Position numbers and translations under genes: made by a program. A stretch of 64,000 bases of DNA from Alphaproteobacteria bacterium. GTDB lineage: Bacteria; Pseudomonadota; Alphaproteobacteria; Bin95. How positions within the stretch are numbered: position 1 is the first letter of the stretch; each line of letters begins with the position of its first letter. The DNA lies in NCBI GenBank assembly GCA_965205265.1, contig CBDBGH010000003.1, positions 4,736,001 through 4,800,000 on the forward strand, in the 5' to 3' direction. The notes under the pieces were generated by a model. The model was given only the letters and a program-made list of their open reading frames with translations. It searched no databases and had not been told where the DNA came from. This document shows, in pieces, positions 21,354 through 30,720 of this stretch.

Positions 21354-24300
21354 TTACCGGGGTGCGGGGGCCGGGTTGGTGATGACCTCGGCCGGAGCGC
21401 GCGGCTGCGCGGCGGGGGGAGGCCGGGAGACGATGGGCTCCGGGTCGAAGAGGCTGCCGTTTTCGGTGACAGCGGTGCGCCCGTTGGGGCCGTCGAGGAT
21501 CCGGAGGACACGTCCGTATCCGGGAAGCCAGTCGCCGACTTTGACGGGGCCGAGGTCCTTCGGGAGGCGGGAGGTGATGGAATAGCGCGCCCGGGGCGCC
21601 TGATAGACGCGGCCGGGATAGGCCTTGAGGGGTTCGCCGACCGGTGCAGGACGGACGACGAGCGCCTGCATTTCGGTCGCCGGGGCCGACGGGAACGAGG
21701 CCGACGCCGTTGTGGCTCCCGTGATGGTCGTGACCTCGTCGGATTCCGGGCCCTCGGTCCCGCCGTTGGCGGCGCGGACCTTGAAGGAGTATTTCCGTCC
21801 GGCAAGCAGACCGGTGAAGGTGTGGCTGTTGGTGAGCCCGTTGCTGCCCGGGACGGTCATCCATTCGGACCAGCGGCTGCCGGAGCGCATGGCGTAGAAC
21901 CACAGCGTAACCGGTCCCTGCGGCGGTTCCCATGTAAGGGTTACGCGGTCCGGGCCCGGCAGGGCGGTCAGCCCGTCGGGCTTGGCCGGCGGCGCGGTGT
22001 CGGCGGTGCCGGTCTCGGCCGGCATGCTTGGAGGCGGCGCCGTTTGGGACGCGATCAGATCGATGCCGTTCTGAAGCGCCGTGAGGCGGAATTCGAGGTC
22101 CTGCAGCTTGGCGGCCTCGACGGTCTCCGCGGGCGGCAGGGCGGACAGGACGATGCGCATGTCCTCGGAGAGGTCGCCGAGTCCGGTTTCGAGGCGGGCA
22201 ACGGTGCGGCGAAGCTGCTGCACCGTGTCCTTCACGTCTTCCAGGGCGGCGGTCGGCGCAGTGGGGGGCGCGGCCGTTGCCGGACCGGTGCCGGGGTTGC
22301 CGCTACCGGCTGGAGGAAAGCCTGTGTCTGCGGTGACGGCGGGCAGCAGGGTGTCAGCGGGCTGCCGGCTGTCCGGCGGGCCGGCGGGGGCGCGCCCGAG
22401 CGGGGCAATCCCGCCCGCCGACGGTCCCGCCGCGTCGAATGGTACATGTGCCACGGCGGGCAGCGGGTCCTGGCCTGCGCCGTCCCGATCCGGAAGTGCA
22501 GGCCCGCCGGTCGCCGGGAGAAGGGGGGCCGCGCTTCCCTCGGGCGTTGCGGCCGGGGATTCGCCACCGGCGCCGGGCTGTTCGGCTCCAGGCAACCCGG
22601 GGCCGTTCTTGGGCGGCGTAATGGCTGCGGCGGTTGTCATCTCGACGGGAATCGGGCGGTGGCCGAGGGTAACGGCGAGGGTTTCGAGATAGGGTTTCGG
22701 GATGTAGGCCCGAAGGATGTCGTTGCCGCGCGGATCTTCCAGAAACAGCCAAATGACAGTGAGCGAGGGCATGAGGAGAAGGAAGAAGACAAGAAAAAGC
22801 GTGCGGGTCGGGCGCCGTCTTCGGCCCTCCTTTTCCTGTTGCGGCGGAGGCGGCTGACTGGCCGCCGGCTGGGCGGCGTCGTCAGGCGAAGCGGAACGGC
22901 GGCGCCAGGGCAGTTTCATTCCTCGTCTTTCCTGTCGTGTGTGGGGTGCTGCTGCGGCCGAAGGCTCTGCGGCGGGCGGGGGAGCGTCGTCCTTGTGGAC
23001 GCCGTCGCCCGCCGCAGAGCCTTCGGACGGGATGGCTTCGGGGGCGGCGGTTTCAGCGGGGAGTTCCGCCGGGGGCTCGTCGACGATATCGCCTGGCGCG
23101 CCCGCCGCCTCGGAAACCGGTTCGGCTCGATGCCCCGGCGGAGGAGCGGCTCCAGCCATCAGGATGTCCAGTTCGCTGGTGTCGTTGTCCTGGGTATCCC
23201 CGGCATCGTCCTGCGCCTCGGGGTAGCGGTGCTCGAAAGGACTGCCGCCGGCGAGCGCCTGTCCCCGCTCCCCGGCCTCGTCCGGGACGGTCCCGGGATC
23301 GAATTGGCGGGTAAGGTCCTCCAAGGGGTCGTCGGCGGTTTCCGGCATGCCCGACGGCGCGGGCTCTTCGTGGACTGCGGCAGCCGCGTCGTCCTCTCCG
23401 TCGTCCGCGGGCGCAGGAATGGAGGCGGGGGCCTCGGCAGGAGCCTGCGCAGGGGTGCCGGGCTCGGTTTCGGGTCGGCCTTCCATGTCCCGGAGGAGGC
23501 TGGCGAGTTCGTCGTCGGCGCTGCCGCCGTCCGGCGCCGCCGGAGAGCCCGCGCCGGGAGCCTCTGCTGTCGGTTGATCCGGGTGCCGGCCGTGGAGGAG
23601 GGACTCAAGATCGGCTTCGGCTGGATCGCCGCCGGCGCGGCCCTCGGCGCCGCCGGTTTCGGTTTCGGGTCGGCCTTCCATATCGTGGAGGAGGCTGGCG
23701 AGTTCGTCGTCGGCGCTGCCGCCGTCCGGCGCCGCCGGAGAGCCCGCGCCGTCGGACGTGTCGGCCGTTCCGTCGGGAGTATGGGGAAGCGGGGCCCCCT
23801 CGTCGCGGGCCGTGTCGCCGAGGGCGATGGCGGCAGGATCGAGCTCGTGGCGATCGGGGTCTTCGGGCCGGAATTCGCGACGCAATGCGTCTTCGTCCGC
23901 CGAAGGGCCGGGAGCGGGGGTCGAACGAAGCCCGTCCTCCTCGCCGAAACCCGGAGCGGCATTGTCGCCGCTTCCGTCGGCATCGGCGATGTCTTCGGTT
24001 TCCGGGCGATAGGAAAGGTCGTCGTGATCGGCCTGGTCGCGGTCGATGGCCTCCAGGTCGGGGCCGGCAAGGGGCGCGGGCGTCTCGTCTTCCAGTGCGC
24101 CTTCCTGTTCCCAGGCGGCATCGGCCTCGTCTTCGGGAACGTCGTCGAGATGGCGGCCTTCGTCCGCCGCGGACGGGTCGTCAAGGAGAACCTGGCGGAC
24201 CGGCTGTGGCGGTTTCTCCTCCGTCTGCTGCCGGGTCCGGTCCTCGCCGCCGGGGTCTGCGCCGGGCTCGCTTCCCGAACGCTCCCGGGTTGCGTCGTCC

Positions 24301-24752
24301 TCGGGTGGAGCGTCGGGGTCGGGTGGAGCGTCGGGGTCGGGCGCTTCGGCCTCCGGCTGGGCCGCGGTGTCCGCCCGGCTGTCGGACGGTTCCGGCGCCG
24401 GGCCGCCCTCGGCGTGCGCTTCATGTCCGTCTTCGTCCCCGGCGCCCTGACGGTCGCCATCGTCGCGGTGGGCCGCTGGCAGGGAGGCCTGGCCCGCATC
24501 CCCGGCAGGCGTTTCCCCCGCGGGGGCGTCGGCCCCGTCGGGGTCGTCGCCATTGAGGTCAGGGAAGAGCTGGCGGGCCGTCTCGTCGTCGACAATGTCG
24601 CTGTCGAGGAGATCGGAACCGAACTCTTCCAGGCGGGAGGCGGCGGCGAAGACCCTGTCCGGCCGGGCCTGGCGCATGGCGCGGAACTGGTCGTCGTCAC
24701 TGGCCGCCTCGTGGGCGAGAAAGACATTCCCGGGGGCGTCGCTGGATGTCAT
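21354..24752 (-). CDS. icmG: Giant IcmG/DotF (TraP)-like protein with acidic N-terminus and fibronectin type III domain
   Basis: 1132 aa: acidic low-complexity region, one TM, coiled coil, FN3 (VTLTW...HTFTGLLAGRKYSFKVRAAN) and C-terminal VKVGDWLPGYGRVLRI. Lies between icmE and icmC. Confidence 0.7.
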   Translation of the reverse strand: MTSSDAPGNVFLAHEAASDDDQFRAMRQARPDRVFAAASRLEEFGSDLLDSDIVDDETARQLFPDLNGDDPDGADAPAGETPAGDAGQASLPAAHRDDGDRQGAGDEDGHEAHAEGGPAPEPSDSRADTAAQPEAEAPDPDAPPDPDAPPEDDATRERSGSEPGADPGGEDRTRQQTEEKPPQPVRQVLLDDPSAADEGRHLDDVPEDEADAAWEQEGALEDETPAPLAGPDLEAIDRDQADHDDLSYRPETEDIADADGSGDNAAPGFGEEDGLRSTPAPGPSADEDALRREFRPEDPDRHELDPAAIALGDTARDEGAPLPHTPDGTADTSDGAGSPAAPDGGSADDELASLLHDMEGRPETETGGAEGRAGGDPAEADLESLLHGRHPDQPTAEAPGAGSPAAPDGGSADDELASLLRDMEGRPETEPGTPAQAPAEAPASIPAPADDGEDDAAAAVHEEPAPSGMPETADDPLEDLTRQFDPGTVPDEAGERGQALAGGSPFEHRYPEAQDDAGDTQDNDTSELDILMAGAAPPPGHRAEPVSEAAGAPGDIVDEPPAELPAETAAPEAIPSEGSAAGDGVHKDDAPPPAAEPSAAAAPHTRQERRGMKLPWRRRSASPDDAAQPAASQPPPPQQEKEGRRRRPTRTLFLVFFLLLMPSLTVIWLFLEDPRGNDILRAYIPKPYLETLAVTLGHRPIPVEMTTAAAITPPKNGPGLPGAEQPGAGGESPAATPEGSAAPLLPATGGPALPDRDGAGQDPLPAVAHVPFDAAGPSAGGIAPLGRAPAGPPDSRQPADTLLPAVTADTGFPPAGSGNPGTGPATAAPPTAPTAALEDVKDTVQQLRRTVARLETGLGDLSEDMRIVLSALPPAETVEAAKLQDLEFRLTALQNGIDLIASQTAPPPSMPAETGTADTAPPAKPDGLTALPGPDRVTLTWEPPQGPVTLWFYAMRSGSRWSEWMTVPGSNGLTNSHTFTGLLAGRKYSFKVRAANGGTEGPESDEVTTITGATTASASFPSAPATEMQALVVRPAPVGEPLKAYPGRVYQAPRARYSITSRLPKDLGPVKVGDWLPGYGRVLRILDGPNGRTAVTENGSLFDPEPIVSRPPPAAQPRAPAEVITNPAPAPR
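23464..23751. repeat. Intragenic about 93-bp near-identical direct repeat, 195 bp apart
   Basis: 23464-23556 and 23659-23751 each encode GAGSPAAPDGGSADDELASLLxDMEGRPETE. Confidence 0.85.
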
Positions 24753-26080
24753 GACGGATCATCCTCCGCCTGTTGTTTCGGCAGGGAAACGGGGTTCACG
24801 AAAAGGACGGCAACCCCGGTGCCGGATGCGAGCAGGATTTCCGGTCCGACGGGGGCGCTGTCCCGGATGACCTGGGAAATGCCCTGTCCGGCCTCCGCGA
24901 GGCCGGCGGCCACATTCTGGCGGGTGGTCCGTTCCGTCTCGCTTATGGTGCGGGTCGTGCCGTCGCTGCTTTCGGTGACCGTCCCGGTCGATATCGCGGC
25001 GCTTTCGGCAAACCCGGCCACGAAGCCGGCGGCCACGATGGGGCCGAAGCGGTCGAGCCAACGCCGGTCGATATCGGAGGAAACGGCGCTGGAGGCGGTG
25101 GTCGGGTCGATGGCATAGGCGTTGACGGGGGCGGTGCGTCCGTCGGGGAAGGTAATGGTGGAGAACTGGACGACCATGCCGTCTGCGTTCCGCGGAACGG
25201 TAAAGGCCCCGACGAGGCGGCTGTCGCGGAATTGGCCGGTCACGACGGTGGCGAGGACCGGTGTCGGGAGATCGCTCGTGCTGGCATTGATCGTTTCGGC
25301 GTAGAGGATGTCGCCGGCCTGGATCAGGGTTTCGAGCTCCTGGGGAGGAGGCTGTTGCACGGGCGCGGTCCCGGGCGCTGCGGTTCCCGCCGTGCCGGGG
25401 GCCGGGCGAGCGCCGACGGGGACCGTCGGCGGCTGCTGGCCGGGCTGTTGCTGCGGGGGGTCGGCCGTCGGACCCGCCGTTCCGGACGCACGGGGTTCAA
25501 TACGCTTCACGATGGTGGCGAGGTATTCGACGTAGAGCGTGGGGTCGGGCGCGGGTGCTTCGGCGGGCTGTGGAGAGGCCGGCGCCGCCGGGGCGGCCTG
25601 CGGGGGCGCCGGGGCTTCGGGCGGCGGCAGGACGATCGGCGCCGGGAGGGCGGCGCCTGTCTGGGGCGGCGCCTCGGGTTCCGGTGGACGCTCGAACGGC
25701 CGTGGCGTCGTGGGGTCGGAAAGCGCCACATCGGAAGGAATGGCTTCGGGGGTCGGGATAAAGCTGGCGCCGCGCTCGACGGCGCTTTCGAATCCCTCGC
25801 GATTGGCCTGGGCGAGATTCTCGCGGTACTCCGGGCTGGAGGCCTGCCGCGGGCCTCCGGGGGTGGTGCGGATGTCGCCGCGCCCGGAGGGCAGGCGGGA
25901 TGTCTCGGGCTCGTTGCCTCCGGTGAGAAGGAAGAAGGCGATCGTCAGGGCGCCGAGGACGAAGACGGACATGAAGAGCGTCAGGCGGCGTGTGGAGCCG
26001 CGCCGGCGTGGCGCGCCGGCGGCGGGGGCCGCCTCTTCGATCGGGGTGGCGTCGGTGGTCAGGTCGTCTTCGTCGGCCAT
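24749..26080 (-). CDS. icmE: IcmE/DotG (TraO, VirB10-like) core protein
   Basis: N-terminal TM, Pro-rich linker, and AGDILYA...SDLPTPVLATVVTGQFRDSRLVGAF...VNAYAIDP...VSSDID. Confidence 0.9.
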   Translation of the reverse strand: MADEDDLTTDATPIEEAAPAAGAPRRRGSTRRLTLFMSVFVLGALTIAFFLLTGGNEPETSRLPSGRGDIRTTPGGPRQASSPEYRENLAQANREGFESAVERGASFIPTPEAIPSDVALSDPTTPRPFERPPEPEAPPQTGAALPAPIVLPPPEAPAPPQAAPAAPASPQPAEAPAPDPTLYVEYLATIVKRIEPRASGTAGPTADPPQQQPGQQPPTVPVGARPAPGTAGTAAPGTAPVQQPPPQELETLIQAGDILYAETINASTSDLPTPVLATVVTGQFRDSRLVGAFTVPRNADGMVVQFSTITFPDGRTAPVNAYAIDPTTASSAVSSDIDRRWLDRFGPIVAAGFVAGFAESAAISTGTVTESSDGTTRTISETERTTRQNVAAGLAEAGQGISQVIRDSAPVGPEILLASGTGVAVLFVNPVSLPKQQAEDDPS

Positions 26081-27039
26081 CAGAGATTCACCCTGGCGCG
26101 ATGGATTTGTCCGGCGACCGAGAACAGCAACTGGGATGTAGGCTCCTCGATCAGCCAGATGCGCAGCCTGTTGGGGCCGGTCATCGTGCCGCTGTAGGCC
26201 GGGCTCAACAGGTGGTGGGCGGACCGCACATACATGTTCTTGCGGTAGATCCAGGCGTCGGCGTCGACGCCCGATACGGGGACCTTGCGGGCGTCGTCCG
26301 GCAGGTCCGCGCCCGAGAGGAAGGTAAGGAGCATGCGTCCGCCGGCCTGGTCGGGGGCGGCCGGGATGACGATGTCCGAGCTGGATTCGGGGCCCAGGGT
26401 GGAGAGCAGGAAATCGTGCCGGAAATGTGCGCTGTCCGGATGGATGCGCACGAGGATGACAAGGGCCAGGGGAGCGCCCTTGAGGGCGATGACGAGGTTG
26501 GAGGCCCCGGCGGGCATGAGGGGCGTGATGGTCAGCGCATGGCCGGGCTCGTCATCGCCGTCGTTCATGCGGATGATCTGGTAGCCGGCAGCGTCGCCGA
26601 TGACGTGGCGCACGATGGGCCAGGGATTGCCGGCCCCGTCCAGGAACGTGACGGCGGTGGCGATCCCGGGGGATACGACGATCTCGGGAGGCAGGGCACC
26701 CGGCTTGAAGTCGATGCGTGTGGACATCAGGGAGGGCTTGAGGTCCCGGGAAAGAATGGCCTCGCGATTCTGCTGGACCTGTTCCCGGAATTTCCGGATC
26801 TGCTCCGGGGTGAGTGGAATGAGCTGCTGGAGGGCCTCGCGGTAGAGTTCCTCGGGGCTGGCCGCCGGAGGCATGGCGGCCGGGTCGCCCGGCCTGGGCG
26901 CGGCGGGGGTTGCGCCCGGGCCGGTGACCTGTGATGAGGGCGGCAGCGTGACGGGCTGTTGTGTCATGGCGGGCCAGACAACGAACGCCGCCACGATGAG
27001 GCCGAGCGATACGCGAATGGAAGGCAGGGACGCGCTCAT
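26080..27039 (-). CDS. icmK: IcmK/DotH (TraN) core protein
   Basis: Signal peptide; PLTPEQIR, TAVTFLDGAGNPWPI, LLSPAY; ATGA overlap with icmL. Confidence 0.9.
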   Translation of the reverse strand: MSASLPSIRVSLGLIVAAFVVWPAMTQQPVTLPPSSQVTGPGATPAAPRPGDPAAMPPAASPEELYREALQQLIPLTPEQIRKFREQVQQNREAILSRDLKPSLMSTRIDFKPGALPPEIVVSPGIATAVTFLDGAGNPWPIVRHVIGDAAGYQIIRMNDGDDEPGHALTITPLMPAGASNLVIALKGAPLALVILVRIHPDSAHFRHDFLLSTLGPESSSDIVIPAAPDQAGGRMLLTFLSGADLPDDARKVPVSGVDADAWIYRKNMYVRSAHHLLSPAYSGTMTGPNRLRIWLIEEPTSQLLFSVAGQIHRARVNL

Positions 27040-27692
27040 GAGGTCGGGGCGCCTCCGCGGCGCACGGAGATGCGGGCGACGCCGATGCCTGCGGGGACTT
27101 CCCAGTTGGGGAGGCGCACGAGGCGCATTTCGACCATGTAGTTGTCGCGGGCCGTCTGCTGGGCGCTCTCGTAGGTCACGGACATCTGGAGCTGGAGAAT
27201 CCAGGAGTGACGCCCGCGGGCGTCCGAGCCCCTGTTCGTGATGACCGCACCCTGGACGATGGCGGAGGAGTTCAGCCGCCGTTCGCGGATGTACTGGAGG
27301 TAATTGGAGGATTCCAGGGCATTGACGAAGCTGTTCCATCCATCCGGCAATTCGAAGTAGTGGCGGGCCTGGGTGAGATCCTGACGCCAGCCGGAAAAGG
27401 AGATCGTCATGCTCCGCGTGATGGCCTCGGCCGCGAAGGAGATCACCTGGGCGTCGGTGAGATAGGGTTCGGAGACGGGGGTAAGCGGGGTGATGCGCCC
27501 TTTCGGATCGGTCGCGAAATAGGTCGGGCTCGGCCGGTCGATCACAGCAATCCAGATCACGCAGAGGATGCTGACCGCGGTTATGACGCACATGGAAAAG
27601 AGCAGGATGTGCGCGCGGCGCAGCGCCTGGGCGAGCGTCTGGTAGCGGGCCCTGGCGGTCTGGGCCTCTCCGGTCCGGGCCGGGCGGGTCAT
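27036..27692 (-). CDS. icmL: IcmL/DotI (TraM, VirB8-like)
   Basis: One TM, then PTYFATDPKGRITPLTPVSEP...YFELPDGWNSFVNAL. Confidence 0.9.
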   Translation of the reverse strand: MTRPARTGEAQTARARYQTLAQALRRAHILLFSMCVITAVSILCVIWIAVIDRPSPTYFATDPKGRITPLTPVSEPYLTDAQVISFAAEAITRSMTISFSGWRQDLTQARHYFELPDGWNSFVNALESSNYLQYIRERRLNSSAIVQGAVITNRGSDARGRHSWILQLQMSVTYESAQQTARDNYMVEMRLVRLPNWEVPAGIGVARISVRRGGAPTS

Positions 27693-27723
27693 CCTGCGGT
27701 CCTCCGGGGTCTCGGCCGAACGG

Positions 27724-28068
27724 CTATCGTTTCGTGGTCGGATGGACGCCGAAGGAATAGGTGTCGCCGTAGGAGGAATTCCACTCTTCCGACTCCTTGC
27801 AACGGGAGCAGATCTGGTTTTCGGGTCCGGTTGAATGAAATATCGAGTTGCACATGAGGCAGCGCCGCTGGCGGGCCTGGCCGGGCCTGGTCGTGCGGTT
27901 GCGGTCGGGCAGGCCGATGCGGGAGGCCTTGACCACGACAGCCGCTTCCGACCGGCCCAGGGCCATGCCTATATCCGCGGGCGAATTCACGGACCACAGG
28001 CGCATGAGGGTCGCGGTGTCCTCATCTGTCCAGGGTCGGCGCGGTTCGCGCGGGGTTCTTTCCTGCAT
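27724..28068 (-). CDS. GcrA-like HTH regulator with C-terminal CxxC...CxxC zinc finger
   Basis: WTDEDTATLMRLW...IGMALGRSEAAVVVKASRIGL matches the GcrA N-terminal HTH pattern; RRCLMC...ICSRCK. Confidence 0.75.
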   Translation of the reverse strand: MQERTPREPRRPWTDEDTATLMRLWSVNSPADIGMALGRSEAAVVVKASRIGLPDRNRTTRPGQARQRRCLMCNSIFHSTGPENQICSRCKESEEWNSSYGDTYSFGVHPTTKR

Positions 28069-28429
28069 GGCCAATCCCGCCAATTCGGGCTGCAATCGGC
28101 TGACTATAGTCACGGGATGGTTGCGGTTTCCCCGTCTAATGTCGGTTTTCCCCATAAAACAGCATAGGGGGGCGTATCCGGGTATTCCCCCGACGCCCGG
28201 TCGGGGCGACGATTGGGACACGGAGCGGGGAGACGCAGGAAAGATGGCTGTTCGCGCAGGGAGCGAACCGGAGCGCGCCGGCGATGCGGTCCAGCGGATC
28301 CAGGGGCCCGCCCGGTCCGCCGGAAGGCGTCGTTTCCCGGGACGGAGGGTCTGAAAGCTGATCCGCACCATTCTTGACCGGGCGGCGTCCTCGCCGAAGC
28401 ACCTGACTTTCGGAGCCCGCGGCCATGCC

Positions 28430-29122
28430 GTGATGGCCGGGCGCCTGCATGCACAGATCGCCGCGGCGATGCGCGAGGCGGACTGGACATGTCATTTGTG
28501 CGGGATATGCCTGCCGGAGATGATGGAATTCGACGGCGGCCACGGTGGAGAGGCCGTCAGGCCGGTCTGCCAGTTCTGTCACAATATAGACCATCCGGTC
28601 TGGGCGGCCGGACGGGGCCGGATGGCGCCGGTCTGGGCTCCCGATATGGATTGCGCCGAGATATCGAGGCTGAGCTGGGTGCTGCTTGCCCTGGGCCAGA
28701 TTTTCCCGGAACGGTTCGGGGGAGAACTCGATCCCGGGGAGGATGTTCGCGCGCCGGTGGAATTGACGGATGGACGGAGGGAAACGCTTGAGCGGGCCGC
28801 TCGGTCCGCTTCCCGGCTCCGGGAAGCGCTGGAAAACCGCAGGCAGTTGTTCGAACACCGCTTCGGCGCGACGACGGCCGAAGCGTTTCTGGAGACGGTG
28901 ATCGTGCATCGCCGGCGTGTCGGCGAGGACCGGCAGGAGAGCCTGCTCGCGATGCTGGACGGCGTTCGTTTCGTGCCGGCCCCGGTCACCTCGGGTTATG
29001 ATGAACTGCCGGTCCCGGCGCGGGTTTCGGCCTGGAGCGCGTCGGGGTTCGAGGACCTGTCGGGGCGCATCGGGGTGGCGTTTGCGGCCGGATTGGACCG
29101 CCGGGAAGGACAGGAAGCATGA
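28430..29122 (+). CDS. icmJ: IcmJ/DotN (TraT)-like protein
   Basis: DWTCHLCG...VCQFCH zinc/HNH-like motifs, WAPDMDCAEISRL; upstream of icmB. Confidence 0.8.
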   Translation: MMAGRLHAQIAAAMREADWTCHLCGICLPEMMEFDGGHGGEAVRPVCQFCHNIDHPVWAAGRGRMAPVWAPDMDCAEISRLSWVLLALGQIFPERFGGELDPGEDVRAPVELTDGRRETLERAARSASRLREALENRRQLFEHRFGATTAEAFLETVIVHRRRVGEDRQESLLAMLDGVRFVPAPVTSGYDELPVPARVSAWSASGFEDLSGRIGVAFAAGLDRREGQEA

Positions 29123-30720
29123 GATACGAGAGAATTGAGCCGGGGAAAGCGCCCCGGCCGGCATTGGCCATGCCGCCGGAGGAAAAGAGGTCCGTCGATG
29201 TGAGGGGGCTGCATGCCGGCGTGCTTCTGGTGCATGGGGCGGGCTGGACGGCCTCGATGCCGGCGGCGCGCTGTTATGTCGAGGGAAAGGACCTTGAGTC
29301 GGCGGCGGCCGAGTTGCGCGACCTGCCGCCGGGTGTGTGGGTGACCAATGCGAAGGCCCGGGAATTGGGGGGCGGGAGCAGGGATGGCGGCCGGAAACCG
29401 CGCTCGCGATTCCGCGATCATGGCTTTTACCGGGCCGCCATCGAGGACCTGTGCGCCGAGTGGGGCGTTGCGATCGACAGCAGGCCGCCGGCCGAGGCGT
29501 TGGAGAGGCTCGCCTGGGCGCTTCAGCGCGTGATGCTGGTCGTGAACGAGGCCGGACAGATGCTTCTGGATGCGCCCCCGGATGCGTGGCAGCCGGCCGG
29601 CGAGGAGTGGATGCATGACAGGATCACGGAGAAGCCGTCCCTGTCGACCGCGATCCTCGGCCTGGTGTGTCCGGGCCTTCCGGAGGATCCGGAGGAGCAG
29701 AAACTGGGCCATGTCATGGAAACCGCCTATGTGCGGGGGCTGACCGGCCGCCGCACGGACCCGGGCGAGCCGGTGTTCCGGGCCCGGATTCCCGGACTGC
29801 GCCATGCGGGCAGGGTGTTGCAGGCCGCCGTTCCCGCCGAGGGTGAATGGGTGTCCCTCACGCGGGAAGAGGGGGATACGGACGAGGCGGTCGAGGCCGA
29901 AGTCAGGAGCGTTATGGAAGCGGGGGACAAGCCGGTGATCGTGGTGCGCGGGGATGGCGGTGCCGGCGGCGCGCCCGGTGCGAGCGGCCTGGTCAGGCTT
30001 CTGGCGGAAAAGGGCAGCCCGCGCGGCTACCTGGTCGCCGAGGATTTCGAGCTGGCGAAGGAGTATTTCCGCCCGGGAGGGATGATGGTCGGCCCGGGCT
30101 GGCGTCCGTCGCCGTTCATGCCGTTGCTGGAATGCCTGCGGAGCACATCGTGCTCGCAGGCCCACGAGATGAAGCTCGTCTCGGGATACTGGTGCGTGAA
30201 CATGGCGGCGGAGAACATGCTTTGCGCGGCGACGCGGCGCACCAAGATGCTGCGGCAGGACAGCGGCCCGTCTCTCGCGGCCTGCTGGTACGGGGCGCGG
30301 GACCGCATCGAGATGATGCCCTATTGGCGGGGTTTGGGCGATGCCGGGGCGGAGCCGCTCAACGGATATGCCGGACGGTTCCGTTTCACGGCCCCGGAGG
30401 ACCCGGAGGTCATGGCGCGGATTGCCGATGCGGCCTGGGAGATGGGCCTGCTTCTCGATGCCGAGACGCTGGCGGCGTTCCAGGCGGCGGGAGCGAAGAT
30501 GCCCGAACGGACCCAGAGATCGTGGAGGGGCGAAATAGGCGAGGGCATCCTGGCCTCGACGCTGGCCCGCGGGAATATCCCCGCAATGGCCGACATCGAC
30601 TCCATCCGCGGCTGGAGTCTGGCGGACCGCGGGAAGGCATGGAGAGACATCATCGTGAAAAACCGGGGCGTTCAGGCCATGAAGGAAAGGCAGGCGGCCA
30701 ATGATGGAAAAGCTGCGTGA
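29119..30720 (+). CDS. Hypothetical protein (533 aa) coupled between icmJ and icmB
   Basis: ATGA overlap with icmJ and overlap with the icmB start; no intact motif recognised. Confidence 0.75.
   Translation: MRYERIEPGKAPRPALAMPPEEKRSVDVRGLHAGVLLVHGAGWTASMPAARCYVEGKDLESAAAELRDLPPGVWVTNAKARELGGGSRDGGRKPRSRFRDHGFYRAAIEDLCAEWGVAIDSRPPAEALERLAWALQRVMLVVNEAGQMLLDAPPDAWQPAGEEWMHDRITEKPSLSTAILGLVCPGLPEDPEEQKLGHVMETAYVRGLTGRRTDPGEPVFRARIPGLRHAGRVLQAAVPAEGEWVSLTREEGDTDEAVEAEVRSVMEAGDKPVIVVRGDGGAGGAPGASGLVRLLAEKGSPRGYLVAEDFELAKEYFRPGGMMVGPGWRPSPFMPLLECLRSTSCSQAHEMKLVSGYWCVNMAAENMLCAATRRTKMLRQDSGPSLAACWYGARDRIEMMPYWRGLGDAGAEPLNGYAGRFRFTAPEDPEVMARIADAAWEMGLLLDAETLAAFQAAGAKMPERTQRSWRGEIGEGILASTLARGNIPAMADIDSIRGWSLADRGKAWRDIIVKNRGVQAMKERQAANDGKAA

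Noticed and set aside
23464-23751. DGR template/variable repeat pair
   Set aside because: Both copies are in frame inside one low-complexity region, differ at few positions, and are far from the RT; this is an ordinary intragenic duplication.
21108-25118. 1336-aa plus-strand ORF, and similar long antisense ORFs such as 30650-33937, 28996-31200 and 47509-49713
   Set aside because: These are shadow frames of high-GC genes: Arg/Gly-rich, motif-free and opposite well-supported CDSs.
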